This document shows, piece after piece, positions 35,179 to 48,400 of a DNA stretch of 64,000 nucleotides; within the stretch, counting starts at the first letter, position 1, and each line of letters begins with the position of its first letter. The stretch spans positions 11,959,262-12,023,261 of the forward strand of contig CM082587.2 of the NCBI GenBank assembly GCA_040954595.2, written 5' to 3'. Below the pieces are notes generated by a model that searched no databases, had not been told where the DNA came from, and saw only the letters and a program-made list of their open reading frames with translations. The translations under genes and the position numbers were made by a program. This DNA is from Balanoglossus misakiensis. Lineage: Eukaryota > Animalia > Hemichordata.

Positions 35179-36505
35179 ATGGCTAGCTGGCGCAGGAAGA
35201 GACAAGGCAATGTGCGGTCTGTAATCAACGAACGGCACCGCTCAGTTCAGTGTCCCTTTCTTCAAAAGTGGATCGGTGAGCAATTGGTATTTTCAGGTCG
35301 TTCAGAGGATGAAGTCCAGTCCAGTACTGTATTTGAGAGCTACAAATGTTGGGTTGAAAACTATTCGTCGGCGGACAATCAAGTAATGATTATGGTTACT
35401 AAAGCTCGATTTTTCAAGGTGAGAATGATCGCATTTTTCTTCCCCCCCCCCCTCCCTCCCCCAAGGGACTCGTTTTCTGTCTCTTTTAAACCTGTAACTT
35501 AACGAAAAGGAAGTTTTTCACATATCTCTTTGTTGACACTATAGCAATTTGGAGCGCGGATGCTTCAAGAGAATAGCGTTACCAAATCAAAGTCGGCCGG
35601 GGTTAATATTTATAGAGGTGTTCGTCTGAAAGCTGGTTCGCGAAGAATCTCAACGGGGAAACCTGAGCACAGTGTACTTCAGACCAGGGCAAGGGCATTT
35701 CTTGATGACGCCAGCGTGACCGTTCCGATCGAGGTAAGAATGGTGTTTTGTTTGGACTAGGACAATAGAACGTTGCAATGAGTGTGTCAATGGGTGTCCA
35801 AGTGCAAACGTGGTCGGCTTCTGTCCACAAATGCCATTAATTTTAGGCAGGATTTATAAAATTGTCAATGAAGAATACAAAAATGAAAAACAATAGTTAA
35901 TAGCAAACGGGTAGGATTGCAAGGGCTTGTAAAACGGTACACACTGTACCAGGAAGTTTGCAACACTAATGAAGAATGTATATGATATATTTAGGTGAGA
36001 ACTGTTCGCGATCGCCGGGACGCAGGACGGTGCGCGTTTTCGACGAGGGATCTTCAAGCCTGGAACGTCGTCTGCGAATACCGGGGCACGGTTATTAGCG
36101 TTGAAGAAGCTAGTCGGCGTGATGAACTTTACAGGGCAGAGGGGAAACGACCACGCATGTTTCATCTCTACATTGGAAAGAGACACGTTGTGTGAGTGTA
36201 TCACTTAGTCGAATATATGGTCATATATTGCAAAGCATCTGTCGAAATAGAAAACGTAATATTGTCTATATTTTCCTCATTAACGCAGCATTGACGGATA
36301 CGATGTCCCAGCCGGTGAAGAAAATTTAGCGGGCCTAATAAATCACAGTCAGCAGAACGCCAACTTGGTACCGGTTCGGATCGGAGAGCGCCTGGTTTTC
36401 TTTGCAACCAGGAATCTTTGTCAGGGAGTAGAGCTTTTGTATGATTACGGTGACGGGGGTGAAGAGGATTTCTTCAGTGGTTCTCAAACTTTTCCTGAAA
36501 ATTAA
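35179..36505 (+). CDS. Winged-helix + SET methyltransferase (4 exons), copy 2
   Basis: Same exons and splice sites at +17921. Confidence 0.9.
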
Positions 36506-37412
36506 GGCATTAACACATCAACGCTTCGGGATGTCGTAACGGCGGCAAGGCGGGGGGGGGGGGGGGGGGGCGTGAAAATGTTTGTATCAGGAACAAAATT
36601 CCCGTGCAAATCACCTTGATCCGGGTGGGTGGACTATTCGCGACAAATGTTGAAATCATACAAAGCATTTTACTTAATTAACCCATTTTTTTCATTTATT
36701 TGTTTACAGTTTACAACGTCATAGAGAAGTTGAACTAGAGACTGGATCAGCGTGGGTGACACCATAGTACACCAATGTTTTCTTCAGTTTGATTCAATTG
36801 TAATTTAAAACTGAGATTGCCTAACGCTTTCCCAGATTTTTTTAACCACTGAGAAACTGTGGGTTTTTTTCTGGGTTTTGGTGCGAGGTGATCTCAGTCA
36901 GTGGTGTTAATTTAATTAATCATTTTCTTTTCCTATTTACGTCGACTGAAATGTATTTTGATAGGTGATAGTCATACCATAAAAAAATCTTACGGCGCGA
37001 CTGCCAAAATGTACATTTATTTGTCCGTTCCAAGTTATTTTGTGTATGTGTGATGGGTGCCGGTGACTGTGCAGGGTTGATTTCCCTAGAGCGACTGTTA
37101 TATTCGTTTTCCAACGATGATGAATTTACATGTTATTTGCTTGGCATTTTGACGCAGAGACACTTCTGAAAACACAAACCTATTAATTATGCCACGGGTG
37201 TAAATTGATCACATTAAAAGAGGCTTTAGACGTTTGCCGCGAGCTCCTGGTGGGCAGAATCTTGTCAGCCCAAATTTGACTATAAGTACATAGCCAATGA
37301 TGTGACGCTCTCCCACATCCTTCGCCGCGCCTTTTCGCTGATTTACAGCATCTTGCGTAAACACTGTCATTTGATCTTGCTTGGCAGAAGTCAACTTGCT
37401 CTATACTACATT

Positions 37413-37778
37413 ATGGCGGCCAAGCTCAACTGCATATCAGATAATGCCAAGGAGCGTTTGAGAGGCATCCTCGCCAGAAGGAGTCGCGTTTCCGGTGACT
37501 GTGTGCTCTGGACGGGTGCAGCTTGTCGAAACGGCTATGGCTCTATTACGTTCAGAGATGAGAACACTCTAACCGCCTATGTCCATCACATTGCACTCCT
37601 AATTAACGGAGTGCAATTGGTGGGCAGGCGGTTAGAGTGTTCTCATCTTTGCAACGAAAAGCTATGCATCCGCCCAGAGCACATTGTCCAGGAAACGCGA
37701 CTCCTAAACATTTCACGAAAGACGTGCTTTAAATCCCCAAAAGGGGAGTGTCACCACGATCCCAGGTGCCTAAGGTGA
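37413..37778 (+). CDS. His-Me finger (His-Cys box) endonuclease, copy 2
   Basis: Identical translation to copy 1. Confidence 0.88.
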   Translation: MAAKLNCISDNAKERLRGILARRSRVSGDCVLWTGAACRNGYGSITFRDENTLTAYVHHIALLINGVQLVGRRLECSHLCNEKLCIRPEHIVQETRLLNISRKTCFKSPKGECHHDPRCLR

Positions 37779-39410
37779 GTAATCCTCTTCTCATTTGATA
37801 TGTATTGTGTGACCCTGCAGTTGAAACGCTTTCATCAATAATTTGCGGCGCGTGGGTAATCTCGGTGTTATTGACAATGCAGCCGGCCCAAACATTTTTA
37901 AATTAACACTGTTTCTGACTGTATTAACGAAATGTCCAATTTGCAAGTAGCCTATAGACAACCCTTTTGAATGAGTTTTGTCTCGTTGAGATTTTATACA
38001 TAAGGAACAATCTAGATTTATTTTAGAAGACACTGTTCTTTTAAAACAGCTAGCATAATACAGCTAAATTTCGGAATTTCCGGACAATTTTCGGAATTCC
38101 TTTTAAATTTGAGAAATTTTTCATCAGATATAAGTGTTACTATTTATTGGACATGTTTTTATCATTGTTTACTTTTTAAGGTCATTCTCATCCCCCCCCC
38201 CCCCCCCCAAAAAAAAGCCGCTTTAGGCTTCATGTTCAGTAAAAAATCTGGAAAGTTCAGCTGAATTTTACACTGATCACACATTTTTGGGAAGGTCTGG
38301 CGCAAAATAAAGGATGACAAATGTAAATCTAATGTCACATTTGTAAACCTCTAAGTATTGTACACTCATTCTATTAAGTATATGCAAATAGTACGGATAA
38401 TTTTTTCGGAATGTGGAATTCCGAAATTAGTTCGGAACGTGTTAGCAGTGAAGAGATCACCACTGAGGGTTGGAAGGCCTTGCCAGAAATTAACGCGTAA
38501 AGTACGCCCTCACAGGCCATGTAAACAAGGTCAAATAAGGCCGTCTGGCAAACGAATGATTAATTCAACGCGCCATTTGAGCCGAGCTGAGTTGGTCTGA
38601 GTTGCGTATCACACAGACTTAGGCTGAATGTCAGTGGAGTAACCAGTCCGTTTTAGATTTACCAATGATGTGAATTTAATTTCTTCACCCAGAAAAACAG
38701 AACACAACTTGTCTGCAACATGATGCTGGAGGTGACACATGACAGAGAAGTGGATCCGCGTTGTCAACACAGATGCCAGCATTCAAAAGGGGAGTGCCAC
38801 CTGCTAAAATCAACTCATCTGCTGTTGGCCCATTTTACCTGTGGCAACTGTTCAGAGGAGACAACGTTTATTCCGTGCAAGCCAACACGCAATGTTGGGG
38901 TCTACCTGTCAACACAGATGCAAGCATTCATGTGAGTGAGTATCAGGACTGACCTTGTTTTGCTGAATAATTCATAATGCCTATTTTAGAATTCTTAGAG
39001 GCATTTGGAGTTCATTGCCTGGTCAACCAAACTACACCCCTTAACAGCTGAAACAAAATGCGTATTGTGTTCATTCATTCATTGCTTCAATATATATAGG
39101 CAACATGAGTATCAAGTAGCACTATTTGTTTACGATTGTATTCATGAAAACTTCCCACTAACAATTCCACAGTTAATATTGAACACATTTATCCAACAAG
39201 GTCAAAAGAAAAAGGGAATCTTCTGGTTCCAAAATACGCCACAAATGTGGGTCAACATACAGTGAAATATTATGGTGCTCAAATATGCAACATATCAAAT
39301 CTGTCTCATCAAAGTCATGCTTTAAAAAAGAATTGAAAAGGTATTATTTATCCATTTGACTGCTGTATTTTCAGAAGGAAAACAAACTGAATTTGGTTTT
39401 TCATGTACAA

Positions 39411-42400
39411 ATATTTTCTGTAAAATAGACATTTAATTGGCAAGCCGTCCTGCATCAATTATTAATTGTGTACATGCACTAAAGCGCCCTCACTGCTGGG
39501 TGTGTTGTATGGTCTTTAACCCTGTTTCAAATTAGAGTACTTTCTGCAATTTCAAGACAGATCTTACGTGCCATTGGAGAGCTCCATTGACTGGTCATTC
39601 ATACTGTTTTCATTCATTCATTGCGGCATCAATATATTTTATGTATTCTAGCCAAAGAGCTTGGCACCTGTTGAAATGAACTCATCTGCTGTGGGCCAGT
39701 TTATTGGTGGCAGTTGAGCTGAGGAGAGCACCTTCCTTCCCGGCACGCCACCAAGTAAAGTTCCACGCCGCCCACCACAGATGCCAGCATTCATTCATGC
39801 GAGTGAGTGTAATTGCAAATTTGCCTATTCTAGATCTGTAATGGAAATGGAGAAAGTACCTTATATTTTCTGTAAAATAGACATTTAATTGGCAAGCCGT
39901 CCTGCATCAATTATGAATTGTGTACATGCACTAAAGCGCCCTCACTGCTGGGTGTGTTGTATGGTCTTTAACCCTGTTTCAAATTAGAGTACTTTCTGCA
40001 ATTTCAAGACAGATCTTACGTGCCATTGGAGAGCTCCATTGACTGGTCATTCATACTGTTTTCATTCATTCATTGCGGCATCAATATATTTTATCTATTC
40101 TAGCCAAAGAGCTTGGCACCTGTTGAAATGAACTCATCTGCTGTGGGCCAGTTTATTGGTGGCAGTTGAGCTGAGGAGAGCACCTTCCTTCCCGGCACGC
40201 CACCAAGTAAAGTTCCACGCCGCCCACCACAGATGCCAGCATTCATTCATGCGAGTGAGTGTAATTGCAAATTTGCCTATTCTAGATCTGTAATGGAAAT
40301 GGAGAAAGTACCTTATATTTTCTGTAAAATAGACATTTAATTGGCAAGCCGTCCTGCATCAATTATGAATTGTGTACATGCACTAAAGCGCCCTCACTGC
40401 TGGGTGTGTTGTATGGTCTTTAACCCTGTTTCAAATTAGAGTACTTTCTGCAATTTCAAGACAGATCTTACGTGCCATTGGAGAGCTCCATTGACTGGTC
40501 ATTCATACTGTTTTCATTCATTCATTGCGGCATCAATATATTTTATCTATTCTAGCCAAAGAGCTTGGCACCTGTTGAAATGAACTCATCTGCTGTGGGC
40601 CAGTTTATTGGTGGCAGTTGAGCTGAGGAGAGCACCTTCCTTCCCGGCACGCCACCAAGTAAAGTTCCACGCCGCCCACCACAGATGCCAGCATTCATTC
40701 ATGCGAGTGAGTGTAATTGCAAATTTGCCTATTCTAGATCTGTAATGGAAATGGAGAAAGTACCTTATATTTTCTGTAAAATAGACATTTAATTGGCAAG
40801 CCGTCCTGCATCAATTATGAATTGTGTACATGCACTAAAGCGCCCTCACTGCTGGGTGTGTTGTATGGTCTTTAACCCTGTTTCAAATTAGAGTACTTTC
40901 TGCAATTTCAAGACAGATCTTACGTGCCATTGGAGAGCTCCATTGACTGGTCATTCATACTGTTTTCATTCATTCATTGCGGCATCAATATATTTTATCT
41001 ATTCTAGCCAAAGAGCTTGGCACCTGTTGAAATGAACTCATCTGCTGTGGGCCAGTTTATTGGTGGCAGTTGAGCTGAGAAGAGCACCTTCCTTCCCGGC
41101 ACGCCACCAAGTAAAGTTCCACGCCGCCCACCACAGATGCCAGCATTCATTCATGCGAGTGAGTGTAATTGCAAATTTGCCTATTCTAGAATCTTACGTG
41201 CCATTGGAGAGCTCCATTGACTGGTCATTCATACTGTTTTCATTCATTCATTGCGGCATCAATATATTTTATCTATTCTAGCCAAAGAGCTTGGCACCTG
41301 TTGAAATGAACTCATCTGCTGTGGGCCAGTTTATTGGTGGCAGTTGAGCTGAGGAGAGCACCTTCCTTCCCGGGACGCCACCAAGTAAAGTTCCACGCCG
41401 CCCACCACAGATGCCAGCATTCATTCATGCGAGTGAGTGTAATTGCAAATTTGCCTATTCTAGATTCTTACGTGCCATTGGAGAGCTCCATTGACTGGTC
41501 ATTCATACTGTTTTCATTCATTCATTGCGGCATCAATATATTTTATCTATTCTAGCCAAAGAGCTTGGCACCTGTTGAAATGAACTCATCTGCTGTGGGC
41601 CAGTTTATTGGTGGCAGTTGAGCTGAGGAGAGCACCTTCCTTCCCGGCACGCCACCAAGTAAAGTTCCACGCCGCCCACCACAGATGCCAGCATTCATTC
41701 ATGCGAGTGAGTGTAATTGCAAATTTGCCTATTCTAGATCTGTAATGGAAATGGAGAAAGTACCTTATATTTTCTGTAAAATAGACATTTAATTGGCAAG
41801 CCGTCCTGCATCAATTATGAATTGTGTACATGCACTAAAGCGCCCTCACTGCTGGGTGTGTTGTATGGTCTTTAACCCTGTTTCAAATTAGAGTACTTTC
41901 TGCAATTTCAAGACAGATCTTACGTGCCATTGGAGAGCTCCATTGACTGGTCATTCATACTGTTTTCATTCATTCATTGCGGCATCAATATATTTTATCT
42001 ATTCTAGCCAAAGAGCTTGGCACCTGTTGAAATGAACTCATCTGCTGTGGGCCAGTTTATTGGTGGCAGTTGAGCTGAGGAGAGCACCTTCCTTCCCGGC
42101 ACGCCACCAAGTAAAGTTCCACGCCGCCCACCACAGATGCCAGCATTCATTCATGCGAGTGAGTGTAATTGCAAATTTGCCTATTCTAGATCTGTAATGG
42201 AAATGGAGAAAGTACCTTATATTTTCTGTAAAATAGACATTTAATTGGCAAGCCGTCCTGCATCAATTATGAATTGTGTACATGCACTAAAGCGCCCTCA
42301 CTGCTGGGTGTGTTGTATGGTCTTTAACCCTGTTTCAAATTAGAGTACTTTCTGCAATTTCAAGACAGATCTTACGTGCCATTGGAGAGCTCCATTGACT

Positions 42401-45400
42401 GGTCATTCATACTGTTTTCATTCATTCATTGCGGCATCAATATATTTTATGTATTCTAGCCAAAGAGCTTGGCACCTGTTGAAATGAACTCATCTGCTGT
42501 GGGCCAGTTTATTGGTGGCAGTTGAGCTGAGGAGAGCACCTTCCTTCCCGGCACGCCACCAAGTAAAGTTCCACGCCGCCCACCACAGATGCCAGCATTC
42601 ATTCATGCGAGTGAGTGTAATTGCAAATTTGCCTATTCTAGATCTGTAATGGAAATGGAGAAAGTACCTTATATTTTCTGTAAAATAGACATTTAATTGG
42701 CAAGCCGTCCTGCATCAATTATTAATTGTGTACATGCACTAAAGCGCCCTCACTGCTGGGTGTGTTGTATGGTCTTTAACCCTGTTTCAAATTAGAGTAC
42801 TTTCTGCAATTTCAAGACAGATCTTACGTGCCATTGGAGAGCTCCATTGACTGGTCATTCATACTGTTTTCATTCATTCATTGCGGCATCAATATATTTT
42901 ATCTATTCTAGCCAAAGAGCTTGGCACCTGTTGAAATGAACTCATCTGCTGTGGGCCAGTTTATTGGTGGCAGTTGAGTTGAGGAGAGCACCTTCCTTCC
43001 CGGCACGCCACCAAGTAAAGTTCCACGCCGCCCACCACAGATGCCAGCATTCATTCATGCGAGTGAGTGTAATTGCAAATTTGCCTATTCTAGAATTCTT
43101 ACGTGCCATTGGAGAGCTCCATTGACTGGTCATTCATACTGTTTTCATTCATTCATTGCGGCATCAATATATTTTATGTATTCTAGCCAAAGAGCTTGGC
43201 ACCTGTTGAAATGAACTCATCTGCTGTGGGCCAGTTTATTGGTGGCAGTTGAGCTGAGGAGAGCACCTTCCTTCCCGGCACGCCACCAAGTAAAGTTCCA
43301 CGCCGCCCACCACAGATGCCAGCATTCATTCATGCGAGTGAGTGTAATTGCAAATTTGCCTATTCTAGATCTGTAATGGAAATGGAGAAAGTACCTTATA
43401 TTTTCTGTAAAATAGACATTTAATTGGCAAGCCGTCCTGCATCAATTATGAATTGTGTACATGCACTAAAGCGCCCTCACTGCTGGGTGTGTTGTATGGT
43501 CTTTAACCCTGTTTCAAATTAGAGTACTTTCTGCAATTTCAAGACAGATCTTACGTGCCATTGGAGAGCTCCATTGACTGGTCATTCATACTGTTTTCAT
43601 TCATTCATTGTGGCATCAATATATTTTATCTATTCTAGCCAAAGAGCTTGGCACCTGTTGAAATGAACTCATCTGCTGTGGGCCAGTTTATTGGTGGCAG
43701 TTGAGCTGAGGAGAGCACCTTCCTTCCCGGCACGCCACCAAGTAAAGTTCCACGCCGCCCACCACAGATGCCAGCATTCATTCATGCGAGTGAGTGTAAT
43801 TGCAAATTTGCCTATTCTAGATCTGTAATGGAAATGGAGAAAGTACCTTATATTTTCTGTAAAATAGACATTTAATTGGCAAGCCGTCCTGCATCAATTA
43901 TTAATTGTGTACATGCACTAAAGCGCCCTCACTGCTGGGTGTGTTGTATGGTCTTTAACCCTGTTTCAAATTAGAGTACTTTCTGCAATTTCAAGACAGA
44001 TCTTACGTGCCATTGGAGAGCTCCATTGACTGGTCATTCATACTGTTTTCATTCATTCATTGCGGCATCAATATATTTTATCTATTCTAGCCAAAGAGCT
44101 TGGCACCTGTTGAAATGAACTCATCTGCTGTGGGCCAGTTTATTGGTGGCAGTTGAGCTGAGAAGAGCACCTTCCTTCCCGGCACGCCACCAAGTAAAGT
44201 TCCACGCCGCCCACCACAGATGCCAGCATTCATTCATGCGAGTGAGTGTAATTGCAAATTTGCCTATTCTAGATCTGTAATGGAAATGGAGAAAGTACCT
44301 TATATTTTCTGTAAAATAGACATTTAATTGGCAAGCCGTCCTGCATCAATTATGAATTGTGTACATGCACTAAAGCGCCCTCACTGCTGGGTGTGTTGTA
44401 TGGTCTTTAACCCTGTTTCAAATTAGAGTACTTTCTGCAATTTCAAGACAGATCTTACGTGCCATTGGAGAGCTCCATTGACTGGTCATTCATACTGTTT
44501 TCATTCATTCATTGCGGCATCAATATATTTTATCTATTCTAGCCAAAGAGCTTGGCACCTGTTGAAATGAACTCATCTGCTGTGGGCCAGTTTATTGGTG
44601 GCAGTTGAGCTGAGGAGAGCACCTTCCTTCCCGGCACGCCACCAAGTAAAGTTCCACGCCGCCCACCACAGATGCCAGCATTCATTCATGCGAGTGAGTG
44701 TAATTGCAAATTTGCCTATTCTAGATCTGTAATGGAAATGGAGAAAGTACCTTATATTTTCTGTAAAATAGACATTTAATTGGCAAGCCGTCCTGCATCA
44801 ATTATGAATTGTGTACATGCACTAAAGCGCCCTCACTGCTGGGTGTGTTGTATGGTCTTTAACCCTGTTTCAAATTAGAGTACTTTCTGCAATTTCAAGA
44901 CAGATCTTACGTGCCATTGGAGAGCTCCATTGACTGGTCATTCATACTGTTTTCATTCATTCATTGCGGCATCAATATATTTTATCTATTCTAGCCAAAG
45001 AGCTTGGCACCTGTTGAAATGAACTCATCTGCTGTGGGCCAGTTTATTGGTGGCAGTTGAGCTGAGGAGAGCACCTTCCTTCCCGGCACGCCACCAAGTA
45101 AAGTTCCACGCCGCCCACCACAGATGCCAGCATTCATTCATGCGAGTGAGTGTAATTGCAAATTTGCCTATTCTAGATCTGTAATGGAAATGGAGAAAGT
45201 ACCTTATATTTTCTGTAAAATAGACATTTAATTGGCAAGCCGTCCTGCATCAATTATGAATTGTGTACATGCACTAAAGCGCCCTCACTGCTGGGTGTGT
45301 TGTATGGTCTTTAACCCTGTTTCAAATTAGAGTACTTTCTGCAATTTCAAGACAGATCTTACGTGCCATTGGAGAGCTCCATTGACTGGTCATTCATACT

Positions 45401-48400
45401 GTTTTCATTCATTCATTGCGGCATCAATATATTTTATGTATTCTAGCCAAAGAGCTTGGCACCTGTTGAAATGAACTCATCTGCTGTGGGCCAGTTTATT
45501 GGTGGCAGTTGAGCTGAGGAGAGCACCTTCCTTCCCGGCACGCCACCAAGTAAAGTTCCACGCCGCCCACCACAGATGCCAGCATTCATTCATGCGAGTG
45601 AGTGTAATTGCAAATTTGCCTATTCTAGATCTGTAATGGAAATGGAGAAAGTACCTTATATTTTCTGTAAAATAGACATTTAATTGGCAAGCCGTCCTGC
45701 ATCAATTATTAATTGTGTACATGCACTAAAGCGCCCTCACTGCTGGGTGTGTTGTATGGTCTTTAACCCTGTTTCAAATTAGAGTACTTTCTGCAATTTC
45801 AAGACAGATCTTACGTGCCATTGGAGAGCTCCATTGACTGGTCATTCATACTGTTTTCATTCATTCATTGCGGCATCAATATATTTTATCTATTCTAGCC
45901 AAAGAGCTTGGCACCTGTTGAAATGAACTCATCTGCTGTGGGCCAGTTTATTGGTGGCAGTTGAGCTGAGGAGAGCACCTTCCTTCCCGGCACGCCACCA
46001 AGTAAAGTTCCACGCCGCCCACCACAGATGCCAGCATTCATTCATGCGAGTGAGTGTAATTGCAAATTTGCCTATTCTAGAATTACGTGCCATTGGAGAG
46101 CTCCATTGACTGGTCATTCATACTGTTTTCATTCATTCATTGCGGCATCAATATATTTTATCTATTCTAGCCAAAGAGCTTGGCACCTGTTGAAATGAAC
46201 TCATCTGCTGTGGGCCAGTTTATTGGTGGCAGTTGAGCTGAGGAGAGCACCTTCCTTCCCGGCACGCCACCAAGTAAAGTTCCACGCCGCCCACCACAGA
46301 TGCCAGCATTCATTCATGCGAGTGAGTGTAATTGCAAATTTGCCTATTCTAGATCTGTAATGGAAATGGAGAAAGTACCTTATATTTTCTGTAAAATAGA
46401 CATTTAATTGGCAAGCCGTCCTGCATCAATTATGAATTGTGTACATGCACTAAAGCGCCCTCACTGCTGGGTGTGTTGTATGGTCTTTAACCCTGTTTCA
46501 AATTAGAGTACTTTCTGCAATTTCAAGACAGATCTTACGTGCCATTGGAGAGCTCCATTGACTGGTCATTCATACTGTTTTCATTCATTCATTGCGGCAT
46601 CAATATATTTTATCTATTCTAGCCAAAGAGCTTGGCACCTGTTGAAATGAACTCATCTGCTGTGGGCCAGTTTATTGGTGGCAGTTGAGCTGAGGAGAGC
46701 ACCTTCCTTCCCGGCACGCCACCAAGTAAAGTTCCACGCCGCCCACCACAGATGCCAGCATTCATTCATGCGAGTGAGTGTAATTGCAAATTTGCCTATT
46801 CTAGAATCTTACGTGCCATTGGAGAGCTCCATTGACTGGTCATTCATACTGTTTTCATTCATTCATTGCGGCATCAATATATTTTATCTATTCTAGCCAA
46901 AGAGCTTGGCACCTGTTGAAATGAACTCATCTGCTGTGGGCCAGTTTATTGGTGGCAGTTGAGCTGAGGAGAGCACCTTCCTTCCCGGCACGCCACCAAG
47001 TAAAGTTCCACGCCGCCCACCACAGATGCCAGCATTCATTCATGCGAGTGAGTGTAATTGCAAATTTGCCTATTCTAGATCTGTAATGGAAATGGAGAAA
47101 GTACCTTATATTTTCTGTAAAATAGACATTTAATTGGCAAGCCGTCCTGCATCAATTATTAATTGTGTACATGCACTAAAGCGCCCTCACTGCTGGGTGT
47201 GTTGTATGGTCTTTAACCCTGTTTCAAATTAGAGTACTTTCTGCAATTTCAAGACAGATCTTACGTGCCATTGGAGAGCTCCATTGACTGGTCATTCATA
47301 CTGTTTTCATTCATTCATTGCGGCATCAATATATTTTATCTATTCTAGCCAAAGAGCTTGGCACCTGTTGAAATGAACTCATCTGCTGTGGGCCAGTTTA
47401 TTGGTGGCAGTTGAGCTGAGAAGAGCACCTTCCTTCCCGGCACGCCACCAAGTAAAGTTCCACGCCGCCCACCACAGATGCCAGCATTCATTCATGCGAG
47501 TGAGTGTAATTGCAAATTTGCCTATTCTAGATCTGTAATGGAAATGGAGAAAGTACCTTATATTTTCTGTAAAATAGACATTTAATTGGCAAGCCGTCCT
47601 GCATCAATTATGAATTGTGTACATGCACTAAAGCGCCCTCACTGCTGGGTGTGTTGTATGGTCTTTAACCCTGTTTCAAATTAGAGTACTTTCTGCAATT
47701 TCAAGACAGATCTTACGTGCCATTGGAGAGCTCCATTGACTGGTCATTCATACTGTTTTCATTCATTCATTGCGGCATCAATATATTTTATCTATTCTAG
47801 CCAAAGAGCTTGGCACCTGTTGAAATGAACTCATCTGCTGTGGGCCAGTTTATTGGTGGCAGTTGAGCTGAGGAGAGCACCTTCCTTCCCGGCACGCCAC
47901 CAAGTAAAGTTCCACGCCGCCCACCACAGATGCCAGCATTCATTCATGCGAGTGAGTGTAATTGCAAATTTGCCTATTCTAGATCTGTAATGGAAATGGA
48001 GAAAGTACCTTATATTTTCTGTAAAATAGACATTTAATTGGCAAGCCGTCCTGCATCAATTATGAATTGTGTACATGCACTAAAGCGCCCTCACTGCTGG
48101 GTGTGTTGTATGGTCTTTAACCCTGTTTCAAATTAGAGTACTTTCTGCAATTTCAAGACAGATCTTACGTGCCATTGGAGAGCTCCATTGACTGGTCATT
48201 CATACTGTTTTCATTCATTCATTGCGGCATCAATATATTTTATCTATTCTAGCCAAAGAGCTTGGCACCTGTTGAAATGAACTCATCTGCTGTGGGCCAG
48301 TTTATTGGTGGCAGTTGAGCTGAGGAGAGCACCTTCCTTCCCGGCACGCCACCAAGTAAAGTTCCACGCCGCCCACCACAGATGCCAGCATTCATTCATG

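Larger units (their letters stand above)
31265..39560. mobile_element. Cassette copy 2 (offset +17921), including the 902-bp duplication and ending in the right TIR of B
   Basis: Same ORF set and junctions; the differences from copy 1 that I noticed are homopolymer lengths (G19 vs G20; C17A8 vs C15A9). Confidence 0.75.
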